A stretch of 64,000 bases of DNA from an uncultured Bacilli bacterium. Its GTDB lineage: Bacteria > Bacillota_I > Bacilli_A > RF39 > UBA660. The notes beneath the pieces were generated by a model. The model had not been told where the DNA came from, made no database searches, and saw only the letters and a list, made by a program, of their open reading frames with translations. Below, one piece after another: positions 30,557 through 40,588 of the stretch. Position 1 is the stretch's first letter; the number at the start of each line of letters is the position of its first letter. The stretch spans positions 373 to 64,372 of the forward strand of contig CALVVG010000001.1 in NCBI GenBank assembly GCA_944363795.1. Direction: 5' to 3'. The position numbers and the translations under genes are program-made.

Positions 30557-32082
30557 TATTTTACCTCTATTCTGGTAAACAAATGTTGCGGTTCTTTTAA
30601 GTTTATAGGACTTTCTAATTTACCAAACTCTCTAGTTTCATAAGTTTTCTTTTGTGTGTTTAATTGATTAAATATTTTATTTGCTGTTTCAGGTAAAAAA
30701 GGGCTTAAAAATATTGCAGATACTCGAATTGCTTCTAGCAAATTATATAAAACAGTTGCTAATCTATCATTGTAATTTTCATCTTTTGCTAGTAACCAAG
30801 GAGTAGTATCATCAATATATTTATTACACTTTCTTAAAATTTCAAATATTTCTTCAATTGCTTCACCAACATGTAAATCATCCATTTTTTTAGTTACTTT
30901 GTTTTCTAATGTTTTTACTGAATTTATTAAATCTTTATCAATATCTTCCGATACTTTTTTATTTATTATAATTCCCGAAAAATATTTATGTGCCATACTA
31001 ACAGTTCGATTTACTAAATTACCTAAAATGTTGACTAAATCAGAATTAATTCTTTCTATTAATAAGTCTTTTGAAAATACCCCATCTGCCGCATAAGGTA
31101 TTTCATGTAAAAAATAATATCTTACAGCATCAACACCGAATTCATTAACTAAATCATCAGCATAAATGACATTACCTTTAGATTTACTCATTTTACCGTC
31201 TGCCATAATAAGCCAAGGATGACCAAAAACTTGTTTTGGTAAAGGTAAATCTAAACTCATTAAAAAACATGGCCAATAAATAGTATGAAAACGGATAATA
31301 TCTTTGCCAATCAAATGGAGATCAGCCGGCCACCATTTCTTAAATTCGGTGCTAGGATTATCAACTTCATATCCAATATTAGTTATATAGTTGGTTAATG
31401 CATCGAGCCACACATATACAATATGTTTTGGGTCAATTGTAACAGGAATTCCCCAATCAAATGTCGACCGAGATACACATAAATCTTGTAAACCAGGCTT
31501 AATAAAATTATTAATCATTTCATTTTTTCTTGCTTCTGGTTTAATAAAATCTGGATGTTCCGCAATATATTTTTCCAATTTTTTTTGATATTTAGATAAT
31601 TTAAAAAAATATGCTTCTTCACTTTTTTCTTCTACATTTCGACCACAATCAGGACATTTACCATCTACAAGTTGTGATTCAGTCCAAAATGATTCACATG
31701 GTGTACAATAAAGACCTTTATATTCACCTTTATAAATATCACCTTTTTCATACATTTTTTTAAAAATATCTTGAACTATTCTCTCATGATTTTTATCCGT
31801 GGTTCTAACAAATTTATCATAACTGGTATTCATTACATCCCATATTTTTTTAATTTCTAATGCCTTTTCATCAACAAATTCTTGTGGCGTCAAACCAGCT
31901 TCACGAGCTTTTTGTTCTATTTTTTCACCATGTTCATCCGTTCCTGTTTGAAAATATACATCATATCCTAACAATCTTTTAAATCTAGCTATTGCATCTG
32001 CTAAAACAATTTCATAAGTATTACCTATATGTGGTTTTCCAGAAGTATATGCAATAGCTGTTGATATATAATATTTTTCCAT
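30556..32082 (-). CDS. metG: methionyl-tRNA synthetase (short form)
   Basis: A 508-aa ORF with the HIGH motif (KPHIGNTYE), KMSKS, and a zinc knuckle (CPDCG...). Confidence 0.9.
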   Translation of the reverse strand: MEKYYISTAIAYTSGKPHIGNTYEIVLADAIARFKRLLGYDVYFQTGTDEHGEKIEQKAREAGLTPQEFVDEKALEIKKIWDVMNTSYDKFVRTTDKNHERIVQDIFKKMYEKGDIYKGEYKGLYCTPCESFWTESQLVDGKCPDCGRNVEEKSEEAYFFKLSKYQKKLEKYIAEHPDFIKPEARKNEMINNFIKPGLQDLCVSRSTFDWGIPVTIDPKHIVYVWLDALTNYITNIGYEVDNPSTEFKKWWPADLHLIGKDIIRFHTIYWPCFLMSLDLPLPKQVFGHPWLIMADGKMSKSKGNVIYADDLVNEFGVDAVRYYFLHEIPYAADGVFSKDLLIERINSDLVNILGNLVNRTVSMAHKYFSGIIINKKVSEDIDKDLINSVKTLENKVTKKMDDLHVGEAIEEIFEILRKCNKYIDDTTPWLLAKDENYNDRLATVLYNLLEAIRVSAIFLSPFLPETANKIFNQLNTQKKTYETREFGKLESPINLKEPQHLFTRIEVK

Positions 32083-32084
32083 AT

Positions 32085-32570
32085 CTATCCCTCTTTCTTT
32101 TTATTTGTACTGCCAAACCCACCAGTTCTTTTATCTGTGGTAGCATCATTATCACAAACCAAATATTTTGTAAAAATACCTTGAGCATATCCCATGCCTT
32201 TTTCAACAACAAATTCTTTATCTCCTTCGTTTTGTAACGATACAAATAAATGGCCTTCATTTTCTGAATTACCATAATAATCAGAATCGATTATGCCAAC
32301 TTGATTTGTTAATCTAACATTAAATTTAACTCCAACACTGCTACGAACTACAATTAAAAGCATTTCATCATTAGCAAATTTTGCTTTATATCCTGTAGGT
32401 ATTTTTTTTATTTCTCCCGGTTTTATATTAAATTTATCTATAGCAAAAAAATCATATCCAGCACTATGGCTGGTCATTCGCTTAGGTAATATATATTCTT
32501 CATATAATTTTTTATCACTTTTATAATATTTTGAAAATTCTTCAAAGCTAATTTTTTCAAATTTTCTCAT
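32085..32570 (-). CDS. dut: dUTP diphosphatase
   Basis: All five dUTPase motifs are present: AGYDFF, VRSSVG, GIIDSDYYG, GYAQG and RTGGFGSTN. Confidence 0.85.
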   Translation of the reverse strand: MRKFEKISFEEFSKYYKSDKKLYEEYILPKRMTSHSAGYDFFAIDKFNIKPGEIKKIPTGYKAKFANDEMLLIVVRSSVGVKFNVRLTNQVGIIDSDYYGNSENEGHLFVSLQNEGDKEFVVEKGMGYAQGIFTKYLVCDNDATTDKRTGGFGSTNKKKEG

Positions 32571-32582
32571 AAAACCACCTCA

Positions 32583-32795
32583 AAATAAAAATCATAAACT
32601 AAGGACGAGATAACCCGCGGTACCACCTTAATTCATGATTTGCATGCACTTAATTTTATAACGGTTTAAATCCGATTTTAACTCCAGAACCATGTTCAAT
32701 ACCTTTTCTTGTTCTTTTACACCTAACAAGAACTCTCTTTAAAGAAAATAATATTTACTCTTTCCTTCATCATTAAACTATTTTAATTTTAACAC
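32583..32795 (-). ncRNA. T-box riboswitch leader, probable Met specifier, upstream of dut-metG
   Basis: On the minus strand, the GA motif AAAGAGAG (stem I) is followed by ...AACAUGG... (an AUG plus purine specifier candidate). The conserved T-box sequence AAUUAAGGUGGUACCGCGGG follows. A competing terminator (AAAUCAUGAAUUAAGG...CCUUAGUUUAUGAUUU) plus a U-run lies immediately before the dut RBS. A promoter, TTGATA-17-TAAAAT, sits upstream. Confidence 0.75.
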
Positions 32796-32810
32796 ATTTA
32801 TATTTATTTA

Positions 32811-33326
32811 TCAATAAATATTTAGTTTTTCAGATAGTATTTTTGCTAATAATCGAGCAATTTTAATATTATCACCTTTGTTTTCTGTTAACAAAATTAT
32901 TAGGCCTAAAGAATCAATTGATGCAATAATCGGGACAATGGTAAAAAAACCACTTATTTCTTTTTTTTCAAATTTAAAAGATTGTTTTTCATTGCTATCT
33001 AATTCTTCACGATTATCAATCAAATACATTAAATCTTTAGAAATTTTTTGTTGCAACAAATCCTTATCATATGTTGTTACAATGACCTTTTCACGATCAG
33101 TAATGATTACATCAATCTTAAAAATTGCTTTTATAATATCACTTAACTTTATACTAATATCTTCATATTTTTGAATTTGAAAATGTTTTTTTAATATAAT
33201 GCTATCCTCATCTATATATATTTCTAAACTTTCTCCATCTCGTATTCCTAAATTTCTCCTAATTTCTTTAGGTATAACAATTCTTCCTAATTCATCTATC
33301 TTTCTAGTTACTCCAGTTGATTTCAA
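32811..33326 (-). CDS. spoVT: stage V sporulation protein T (AbrB-type N-terminal domain plus a GAF-like C-terminal domain), TTG start
   Basis: The N-terminus (M)KSTGVTRKIDELGRIVIPKEIRRNLGI matches the AbrB/SpoVT swapped-hairpin domain. Its 171-aa length fits SpoVT rather than AbrB, and it lies adjacent to mfd as in B. subtilis. Confidence 0.8.
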   Translation of the reverse strand: MKSTGVTRKIDELGRIVIPKEIRRNLGIRDGESLEIYIDEDSIILKKHFQIQKYEDISIKLSDIIKAIFKIDVIITDREKVIVTTYDKDLLQQKISKDLMYLIDNREELDSNEKQSFKFEKKEISGFFTIVPIIASIDSLGLIILLTENKGDNIKIARLLAKILSEKLNIY

Positions 33327-33379
33327 AAATTTCACTCCACTTCTAATGCTAGTGTGGATAAATTTTCATTATTTATACT

Positions 33380-36300
33380 TTATAATATTTTTTCTAATAA
33401 AGTAACTAAATAAAAAATAAAATGCTTAGTTAATTTATTTATATATAATGTTATTATAATTTTTTTGTTAAAATATCTTATATTAAAATATTTTGTTAGT
33501 GACATTGCTTCCATTAACAATTTATCACCTTTAATATTTTTAGATACTTCTTCAGGTAATGTTACTTCTACTAATCTATCTGTTTGAATAACATTAGTAA
33601 TATTATATTCATGAGCTATTTTTTCAAACCACTCCTCATACATATAAATCTCCATATCTGTTGTTATTTTACCAAATCTATCTTCTAATTCACTTTTTAT
33701 TTCTAATAACTTATCATATGAATTTATTTCATTAATTTTTTGATGAATTTCAATTTTAATATCTTCATCATTAACATAATCATCACTTATATGAGTACTT
33801 ACATTTAGCAATGAAGACATACTATCATCTTCTTCTTCAATTTTAATTCCTTGTTGCCGTTTTATTTCATCATCTATCATTTTCATATATAATGATATCC
33901 CCACTGAATCAACAAATCCTGCTTGAGAAGCTCCAAAAATATCTCCAGCTCCTCTTAAACTTAAATCACGCATTGCAATACGATAACCACTGCCTAGTTC
34001 AGTAAATTCTTTAATTGTATTAAGTCTTTTAATTGCTATTTCGTTAAGTATTTTGTTTTTTTCATACATTAAATAAGCATATGCTATTTTATCACTTCTA
34101 CCTACACGACCTCTTATTTGGTAAAGTTGACTTAATCCAAAATTTTCAGCATCATGGATAATTAACGTATTAACATTTGGAATATCTATACCACTTTCAA
34201 TAATTGTAGTACAAATTAAAATATCATATTTAAAATCTATAAAAGATTCCATAATATTATCTAGTTCATTTTTATCCATTTTACCATGAGCAAAAGTTAT
34301 TTTGGCATCTGGTATTAAATCTTTAATATGATTAGCATATTTAGAAATGCTATCAACTCTATTATATAAAATAAATACTTGACCATTTCGAGATAATTCT
34401 TTATAAATAGCATCTTTAATTAATAAATCATCCTCCATAACTACATACGTTTGTACAGGGTATCTATTAACCGGTGGTGTATCAATAACAGACAAATCTC
34501 TAAGACCTGATAAGGCCATTTTTAGTGTTCTTGGAATTGGTGTTGCACTTAATGTTAAAACGTTAACATCATTTTTTAATTTTTTTATTTTTTCTTTATG
34601 TGTTACACCAAATCTTTGTTCTTCATCAATAATTATCAGTCCCAAATCTTTACAGATTACATCATCGCTTAAAATTCTATGAGTACCAAATAATATATCA
34701 ATTTTGCCATTTTTTATATTTTCTATTATTTTTTTTGCTTCTTTAGTTCCTATATGTCTATTTAATAAAGCAATTTCTATCGGCCATTCCTTAAATCTTT
34801 CTTTAGCAACCATAAATTGTTGTTTAGATAAAATTGTCGTAGGACATAAATACATAACTTGATGATTGTTTAAAATAGTTTTAAAAATTGCACGCATTGC
34901 AACTTCCGTTTTACCAAAACCAACATCTCCACATAATAAACGATCCATGGGTATATCACTTTTTAAATCATTATTTATTTCTAAAATGCTTTTTTGTTGA
35001 TCTTTAGTTAATTGATATTTAAAACTTTCAGCAAAAATTTTTTCTTCTGGATAATCTATGTAAGGTATTTTTTTTAACTCTAATCTTTTTTTGTAAAGTT
35101 TAATTAAATCACCGGATATATCTTTAATTTTACTTGAAATATAGTTTTTTGTTTTTTCCCAATTAGGGCTTCCCAATTTATTTAATTTTGGCATACTTCC
35201 ATCTTTGCCAGTATATTTATAAATAGTATTAATTTTCTCTACAGGCACATATATTTTATCAGATCCAGCATATTTAATAGTCAAAAAGTCTTTTTTGGCA
35301 CCTCGAACAGTTAATGTAGTAATTCCTTGATATATACCAATACCATGAGCGATATGAACAACATAATCTCCATTTTCTAATTGATTATAATCTTTTATTT
35401 TTTTACCAATGTGAAAGTTATTTTTATAATTATTAGGTTTGCTATTTAACTTTTCTATATCATTTTCACTAATTACTACATATTTATCTAAAATAAAACC
35501 ATTATCAATTCTTTTTAATATGATTTTAGCATCTGGTATATAACCTTTTATGATATTACTTTGCCGTTCGTTACTTAAATAAAAGTATATTTCTTTATTT
35601 TCTAATTTCCATTCATTATAATCATCAACAAGCTTTTTAAAATCTTGATTATAATTTTCAATATTTTTGGCATTCAAATTATACTTGCCACTAGCAAATA
35701 AATTTAAATAAATTTTTTGGGAATCGTTAATATCATTTAAATCAAACATAAGCTTTTCTTTAGTGTTTTTGCTAAGACAATATTCAAAAATATCTTCAAC
35801 TAATTTTTTATATGAAGCTTCAATTTGACTTTTATCAATATAAACTACTATTGGATTATTAGCATAATCAAATAACGAATTATGATTGTTTGTACTCATC
35901 TCATCAATTGCTTTTATTAATATAGCATCTTTTTTTTGACTAGATAACTGAGTATTTTCATCAAAATATCTTATTGATTCTATCACATTGCCATCAAATT
36001 CAATCCTAACAGGATGAACTTCATCTAAGGGATAAATATCAACAATAAATCCTCTAACAGCATATTCCCCACTTGTAGTCACCAATGATTCTAAATGGTA
36101 ACCTAAAGTATCTAGTTTTTGAACTAAATCATTCCTTCGAATATCGTCATTAATGTTAATAACTAAGGAGTTATCAACATCTTTAGAAGGCAAATATTTC
36201 AAATACCCCATTAAATTTGTAATAATTATGTATTTTTTTTGAGATTTTAATTTATCTAATGTTTCCAATCTTTTATATTTTAACTCTGGAGATGCAGCTA

Positions 36301-36529
36301 TTATCATAGATGATAAAAAATCATCCATAGGAAATAATAATACTTCTTCTAGATAATTACTTAACTTATTATATATCTTATTCGCTTCATATAACGAACT
36401 TGTTAAAACTATGATATTTTTATTATTCTTTTTATATAATTTTAGCAAATAAAAAACATTTAACTGTTCTGTTAAACCCGATATTTCTGTGCCTATTTCA
36501 TATTTAAAGTAATCATCTAAAAAATCCAT
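33380..36529 (-). CDS. mfd: transcription-repair coupling factor Mfd
   Basis: A 1049-aa ORF with SF2 helicase motifs (GDVGFGKTEVAMRA, DEEQRFG) and UvrB-homology N-terminal domains. Confidence 0.9.
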   Translation of the reverse strand: MDFLDDYFKYEIGTEISGLTEQLNVFYLLKLYKKNNKNIIVLTSSLYEANKIYNKLSNYLEEVLLFPMDDFLSSMIIAASPELKYKRLETLDKLKSQKKYIIITNLMGYLKYLPSKDVDNSLVININDDIRRNDLVQKLDTLGYHLESLVTTSGEYAVRGFIVDIYPLDEVHPVRIEFDGNVIESIRYFDENTQLSSQKKDAILIKAIDEMSTNNHNSLFDYANNPIVVYIDKSQIEASYKKLVEDIFEYCLSKNTKEKLMFDLNDINDSQKIYLNLFASGKYNLNAKNIENYNQDFKKLVDDYNEWKLENKEIYFYLSNERQSNIIKGYIPDAKIILKRIDNGFILDKYVVISENDIEKLNSKPNNYKNNFHIGKKIKDYNQLENGDYVVHIAHGIGIYQGITTLTVRGAKKDFLTIKYAGSDKIYVPVEKINTIYKYTGKDGSMPKLNKLGSPNWEKTKNYISSKIKDISGDLIKLYKKRLELKKIPYIDYPEEKIFAESFKYQLTKDQQKSILEINNDLKSDIPMDRLLCGDVGFGKTEVAMRAIFKTILNNHQVMYLCPTTILSKQQFMVAKERFKEWPIEIALLNRHIGTKEAKKIIENIKNGKIDILFGTHRILSDDVICKDLGLIIIDEEQRFGVTHKEKIKKLKNDVNVLTLSATPIPRTLKMALSGLRDLSVIDTPPVNRYPVQTYVVMEDDLLIKDAIYKELSRNGQVFILYNRVDSISKYANHIKDLIPDAKITFAHGKMDKNELDNIMESFIDFKYDILICTTIIESGIDIPNVNTLIIHDAENFGLSQLYQIRGRVGRSDKIAYAYLMYEKNKILNEIAIKRLNTIKEFTELGSGYRIAMRDLSLRGAGDIFGASQAGFVDSVGISLYMKMIDDEIKRQQGIKIEEEDDSMSSLLNVSTHISDDYVNDEDIKIEIHQKINEINSYDKLLEIKSELEDRFGKITTDMEIYMYEEWFEKIAHEYNITNVIQTDRLVEVTLPEEVSKNIKGDKLLMEAMSLTKYFNIRYFNKKIIITLYINKLTKHFIFYLVTLLEKIL

Positions 36530-36536
36530 AATTTCC

Positions 36537-37103
36537 TCACTTTTTAGTATTATAAATATTCATTGTTTTATCTATGCCATTTTTAATAAAAGAATCTATA
36601 ATATTTTTATAAGTTTGCATCATTTCATTTAAAATATTCATTTCATGTTTAGAAAATTTGCTTAATACAAAATCAATAACATCTTTTTTATTTGGATTAT
36701 TAATTCCAATTTTTAAACGTAAAAAATTTTGACTATTTAAATGATTAATTATTGACTTTATGCCATTATGTCCACCACTACTGCTATTAGTTTTTAATTT
36801 ATACTTTCCAAATTCTTCATCTAAATCATCTTGAATAATTAAAATATTATCTAAATCTATATGAAAATAATCTATAAAATTTCTTAAAGCAATACCCGAA
36901 TTATTAACATATGTAAGGGGTTTTACAAAAAATACAATTTCTCCAGCAATTTCTTTTTTTATAAATAAAGAATTAAATTTTTCTTGATAATTTGTATTTC
37001 CTAAATAAGCATCAATCACCATAAAGCCTATATTATGACGAGTATTTTCATACTTTTTACCAGGATTTCCAATTCCTAAAATTAACTTCATAATTTCCTC
37101 CAT
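36537..37103 (-). CDS. pth: peptidyl-tRNA hydrolase
   Basis: A 188-aa ORF starting LILGIGNPGKKYENTRHNIGFMVID, the canonical Pth sequence. Confidence 0.9.
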   Translation of the reverse strand: MEEIMKLILGIGNPGKKYENTRHNIGFMVIDAYLGNTNYQEKFNSLFIKKEIAGEIVFFVKPLTYVNNSGIALRNFIDYFHIDLDNILIIQDDLDEEFGKYKLKTNSSSGGHNGIKSIINHLNSQNFLRLKIGINNPNKKDVIDFVLSKFSKHEMNILNEMMQTYKNIIDSFIKNGIDKTMNIYNTKK

Positions 37104-37804
37104 TACTCAAAAATATGTTGATAAGTACTTAAGTTACTAACATCTAAAATTTTATTTATTTTTATTCCAATTTTACTATTTTTAACACATTTTATTAAAA
37201 TTAAATTTGGAATTTGACTTTTATTTGTAATTACAAAAGTAATTTCTTTAACATTTATATTATTATTCCTAGCCAAAACAATAATATCATCTAATCTATT
37301 CGCCCGATGGACTAAATATAATATACCATTATTTTTTAAATATTTAAAACCAATTTTAATAATAGTTTCCAAGTCTATTAATAACTCATGCCGAGCTTTA
37401 CTAAGTATTTCATTATTATTTATAATATTTTCGTTAATTTTAAAATATGGTGGATTACATGTAATGACATCAAAATAATTATCTGGATAATATTTACCAA
37501 TATTTTTAATATCATCATTTATTAAGTAAATATTATTACTTAGATTATTATACTCAATAGATTTTTGAGCTAAAGAAGCTATTTCTTTTTGAATTTCAAA
37601 AGCTATGATTTTATTAATATATTTTGTCGATAGAATTAATGGTATGACAGCATTACCAGTACAAATATCCAATGCTTTTTGATCTTTTTTTAAATTAACA
37701 TACTCTGCTAATAAAATAGAATCTAAAGAAAATTTAAACCCCTCATCATATTGAAAAATATAGCGATTAGGATAATCAAATAAGTCATTTTTTACTATCT
37801 TCAT
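37103..37804 (-). CDS. N6-adenine-specific methyltransferase, YabB/TrmN6-like tRNA methyltransferase
   Basis: Contains the NPPYF motif IV and the SAM-binding DICTGNAVIPL. Confidence 0.6.
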   Translation of the reverse strand: MKIVKNDLFDYPNRYIFQYDEGFKFSLDSILLAEYVNLKKDQKALDICTGNAVIPLILSTKYINKIIAFEIQKEIASLAQKSIEYNNLSNNIYLINDDIKNIGKYYPDNYFDVITCNPPYFKINENIINNNEILSKARHELLIDLETIIKIGFKYLKNNGILYLVHRANRLDDIIVLARNNNINVKEITFVITNKSQIPNLILIKCVKNSKIGIKINKILDVSNLSTYQHIFE

Positions 37805-38576
37805 CTAAATAAAATTCCTCTTTGTTGCCATTATTTATTACTTGATATTTTCTATTAAGTATATCTACACTAATTACCTTACCTTCACCACTAGTGGTAG
37901 TTATAATATCTCCAATATGAGGCATGTCTTTGCTATTATCTAAATAGTTTTGATTTTCATAAGCTAAACAACATAATAGTCGCCCACAAGAACCATTAAT
38001 TTTATTAGGATTTAAAGCTAAATTTTGATCCTTTGCCATATTTATAGAAATAGTATCTAATTGATTTAAAAAGCGTACACAACATAATTGTTCACCACAA
38101 ATTCCAATTCCTCCAATTTCTTTAGCTTTATCACGAGCTCCTATCTGACGTAATTCTATTCTTGTATGGTAAATACTAGCTAATTTTTTGGCTAGTTCAC
38201 GAAAATCAACTCTATCATCAGATGTAAAATTGAATAATAATTGAGTTCTTTCAAAAGTAAATTGAGCATTAATTACATTCATTTTTAAATTTAATTCTTT
38301 AACAAGGTTAATACATTTTTTTAAGGCATTATTTGCATCTTTTAAATTTTTTAAGTACTTATTATAATCTTCTTCTGTCGCCCTACGCAGTATATCCTTA
38401 TAATTTTCTTGGCCGTTTTTTTGACCCAATGTAATATTTACTTTGCCGAATTGTAAACCTTTTTCAGTATCAACAATAACATAATCACCCTTTGTAAATT
38501 CTTCAGCGCTTTTAAAATAATAGGGTTTATGTCCTTCTTTAAATATTATTCCATATACTTTATTCATTTTTATCAC
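37785..38576 (-). CDS. ricT: PSP1-domain regulator RicT/YaaT
   Basis: A 263-aa ORF with PSP1 C-terminal domain features, located next to holB as in B. subtilis. Confidence 0.65.
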   Translation of the reverse strand: MIKMNKVYGIIFKEGHKPYYFKSAEEFTKGDYVIVDTEKGLQFGKVNITLGQKNGQENYKDILRRATEEDYNKYLKNLKDANNALKKCINLVKELNLKMNVINAQFTFERTQLLFNFTSDDRVDFRELAKKLASIYHTRIELRQIGARDKAKEIGGIGICGEQLCCVRFLNQLDTISINMAKDQNLALNPNKINGSCGRLLCCLAYENQNYLDNSKDMPHIGDIITTTSGEGKVISVDILNRKYQVINNGNKEEFYLDEDSKK

Positions 38577-39432
38577 TCAATTCTATAACAAATTTATCTA
38601 ATAATAACTCTAAGTTTACATTGCTATTTATGTCATCTAAAAAATTATTTAATATCTTTATTTTAAATAAAATATTTTGAACATCTAATTTTAGCAAATA
38701 GTCTAAATCACTAAACTTTTCAAATTTATTAACCAGATTAAGTTTTTTATTTAATAATTCATTATATATAATTATAATTATTTGAAAAATTTTCTTTATA
38801 CTTTCTCTTTCAGATAATTTATTTAACAACACACTTCTATTATACATAATAGAATCTTTTTTTTCTACCTCTAATTTATATATATATTCTTTTGCAATTT
38901 TTAAAAATTCATTATTTAGTAAATCATCTACTGAATCTACATCTAATTCATGTTTATTATACTTAACTTTTAATATTTCACATCTACTTTTAATTGTAGG
39001 AATTACATTATTTAAATTATTCGTTATAAAAAATCCTATTATATGTTCTTCTGGTTCCTCTAAAAATTTTAGCATAGTATTAGCTGATGAAGCAGTCATT
39101 TTTTCAGCATTTTTTATGACATAAATATTATCCTTCGTATATATTGGAAGGGAACTAAAATTTTTTTTTAATTCTAATATTTGTTCTTTTTTAATTGTAT
39201 TTCCTAAAGGTTCTATTATTTTAAAAGAAGGTAAATAATTTTGATTTATTAAATTACAAATATTGCATTCTTGACAATCATCCTTATAGTTTGTTTGACA
39301 AAAAAATTTTTTAATTATTTTTTTTAAATCTTCCATGCAATTATCTATATTGTTTGTTTCAAGCAAATAAACATGAGCTATTTTATTCTCATGATAATAT
39401 TTTACTAATTTATCTAAATTTGATACTGCCAT
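38560..39432 (-). CDS. holB: DNA polymerase III delta-prime subunit
   Basis: A 290-aa AAA+-like clamp-loader subunit (...IAHVYLLE...), next to ricT. Confidence 0.6.
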   Translation of the reverse strand: MAVSNLDKLVKYYHENKIAHVYLLETNNIDNCMEDLKKIIKKFFCQTNYKDDCQECNICNLINQNYLPSFKIIEPLGNTIKKEQILELKKNFSSLPIYTKDNIYVIKNAEKMTASSANTMLKFLEEPEEHIIGFFITNNLNNVIPTIKSRCEILKVKYNKHELDVDSVDDLLNNEFLKIAKEYIYKLEVEKKDSIMYNRSVLLNKLSERESIKKIFQIIIIIYNELLNKKLNLVNKFEKFSDLDYLLKLDVQNILFKIKILNNFLDDINSNVNLELLLDKFVIELSDKNE

Positions 39433-39442
39433 CTATCCTCCT

Positions 39443-39631
39443 TTAAAGTAATACAAAATATACTGCAATTAATGATAATAATCCACACATTCCTAAAGAA
39501 GCTACAACACTTACAGTGATAAAGTTAATTGGTATAAAAATTTTTAAGCCCGATGCTACTAAATTAAAAGCATAAACTAAACATATGGCAAAAATAATTT
39601 TTTTTATTACAGCAATTATTATATCTTTCAT
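39443..39631 (-). CDS. bofA: pro-sigmaK processing inhibitor BofA
   Basis: A 62-aa two-TM protein. IFIPINFITVSVVASLGMCGLLSLIAVYFVL parallels the B. subtilis BofA IHVPINLVTTAISGILGIPGIAALVVI, and it lies downstream of recR as in B. subtilis. Confidence 0.7.
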   Translation of the reverse strand: MKDIIIAVIKKIIFAICLVYAFNLVASGLKIFIPINFITVSVVASLGMCGLLSLIAVYFVLL

Positions 39632-39667
39632 ATATTCCTCATTTAAATATATGATAATAGTTTTTTT

Positions 39668-40270
39668 TTATTCAGATATTTTCTTACGATCCTCCAAAGC
39701 TTTATCAAGGGTTATAATATCTAAATAATCAATTTCAGCACCCATTGGAATACCATATGAAAGTCGAGAAATCATCACATCCTTTTTTTCAAAAATTTTT
39801 TTTATATATAATGTAGTTGTTTCGCCTTCTACTGTTGATTTTAATGCTAAAATTAATTCAGGTTTATCTAAATCTGATACTCTTTTAACTAATGATGCTA
39901 AATTGATATTTTCTGGGCCAATATTATCTGCTGGTGATATTAATCCATTTAAAATATGATAAACACCATTAAAATTTCCAGCTTTTTCAAATGATACCGC
40001 ACTTTTATAATCTTCGGTAACACATATTAAATTATGATTACGTCTTTTATTTTCACAAATTTCACAAATATCATTTTCTGATAAATAACCACAAATACTA
40101 CATGGTCTTATTTTGTTTTTAACTTCTTTTAAAGCATCAGAAAATTTATTTATGTCTTCCTCTTTAAAATTTAAAGTTGCTAGCGCAAGTCTTTCAGCAT
40201 TTTTTTCACCTATTCCAGGTAATTTTTTATAATAATTTATTAGTTTTTCCAATGATTCTGGATATATCAT
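39668..40270 (-). CDS. recR: recombination protein RecR
   Basis: A 200-aa ORF with a Zn-finger (CSICGYLSENDICEIC) and a Toprim domain. Confidence 0.9.
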   Translation of the reverse strand: MIYPESLEKLINYYKKLPGIGEKNAERLALATLNFKEEDINKFSDALKEVKNKIRPCSICGYLSENDICEICENKRRNHNLICVTEDYKSAVSFEKAGNFNGVYHILNGLISPADNIGPENINLASLVKRVSDLDKPELILALKSTVEGETTTLYIKKIFEKKDVMISRLSYGIPMGAEIDYLDIITLDKALEDRKKISE

Positions 40271-40273
40271 AAT

Positions 40274-40570
40274 TTACATCAATCCACTCATTGAAGCATA
40301 TTGACCCAATTTTTCTTCCGTTTCTTTGTCAATTTTATTGAAAGCATCCTTGATTGCAATCATAATCATATCTTCTAATATTTCTTTATCGTCATTAGAT
40401 ATTTCCCCATCTTTTATTATTTTAAATGACTTAATCTCTCTTTTTCCATTAAAAGATATTTCTATCCATTCAGATTTTCCTTCAAAAATTTTATTATCAA
40501 TTTCATCCTTTTTTTTAGTTATTTCTCTTTGCATTCTTTGTGCTTGTTGCATTAATTGTTGCATATTCAT
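40274..40570 (-). CDS. ybaB: nucleoid-associated protein YbaB/EbfC
   Basis: A 98-aa ORF starting MNMQQLMQQAQRMQ, lying between dnaX and recR. Confidence 0.85.
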   Translation of the reverse strand: MNMQQLMQQAQRMQREITKKKDEIDNKIFEGKSEWIEISFNGKREIKSFKIIKDGEISNDDKEILEDMIMIAIKDAFNKIDKETEEKLGQYASMSGLM

Positions 40571-40588
40571 AATTATTATCTCCTTTTC

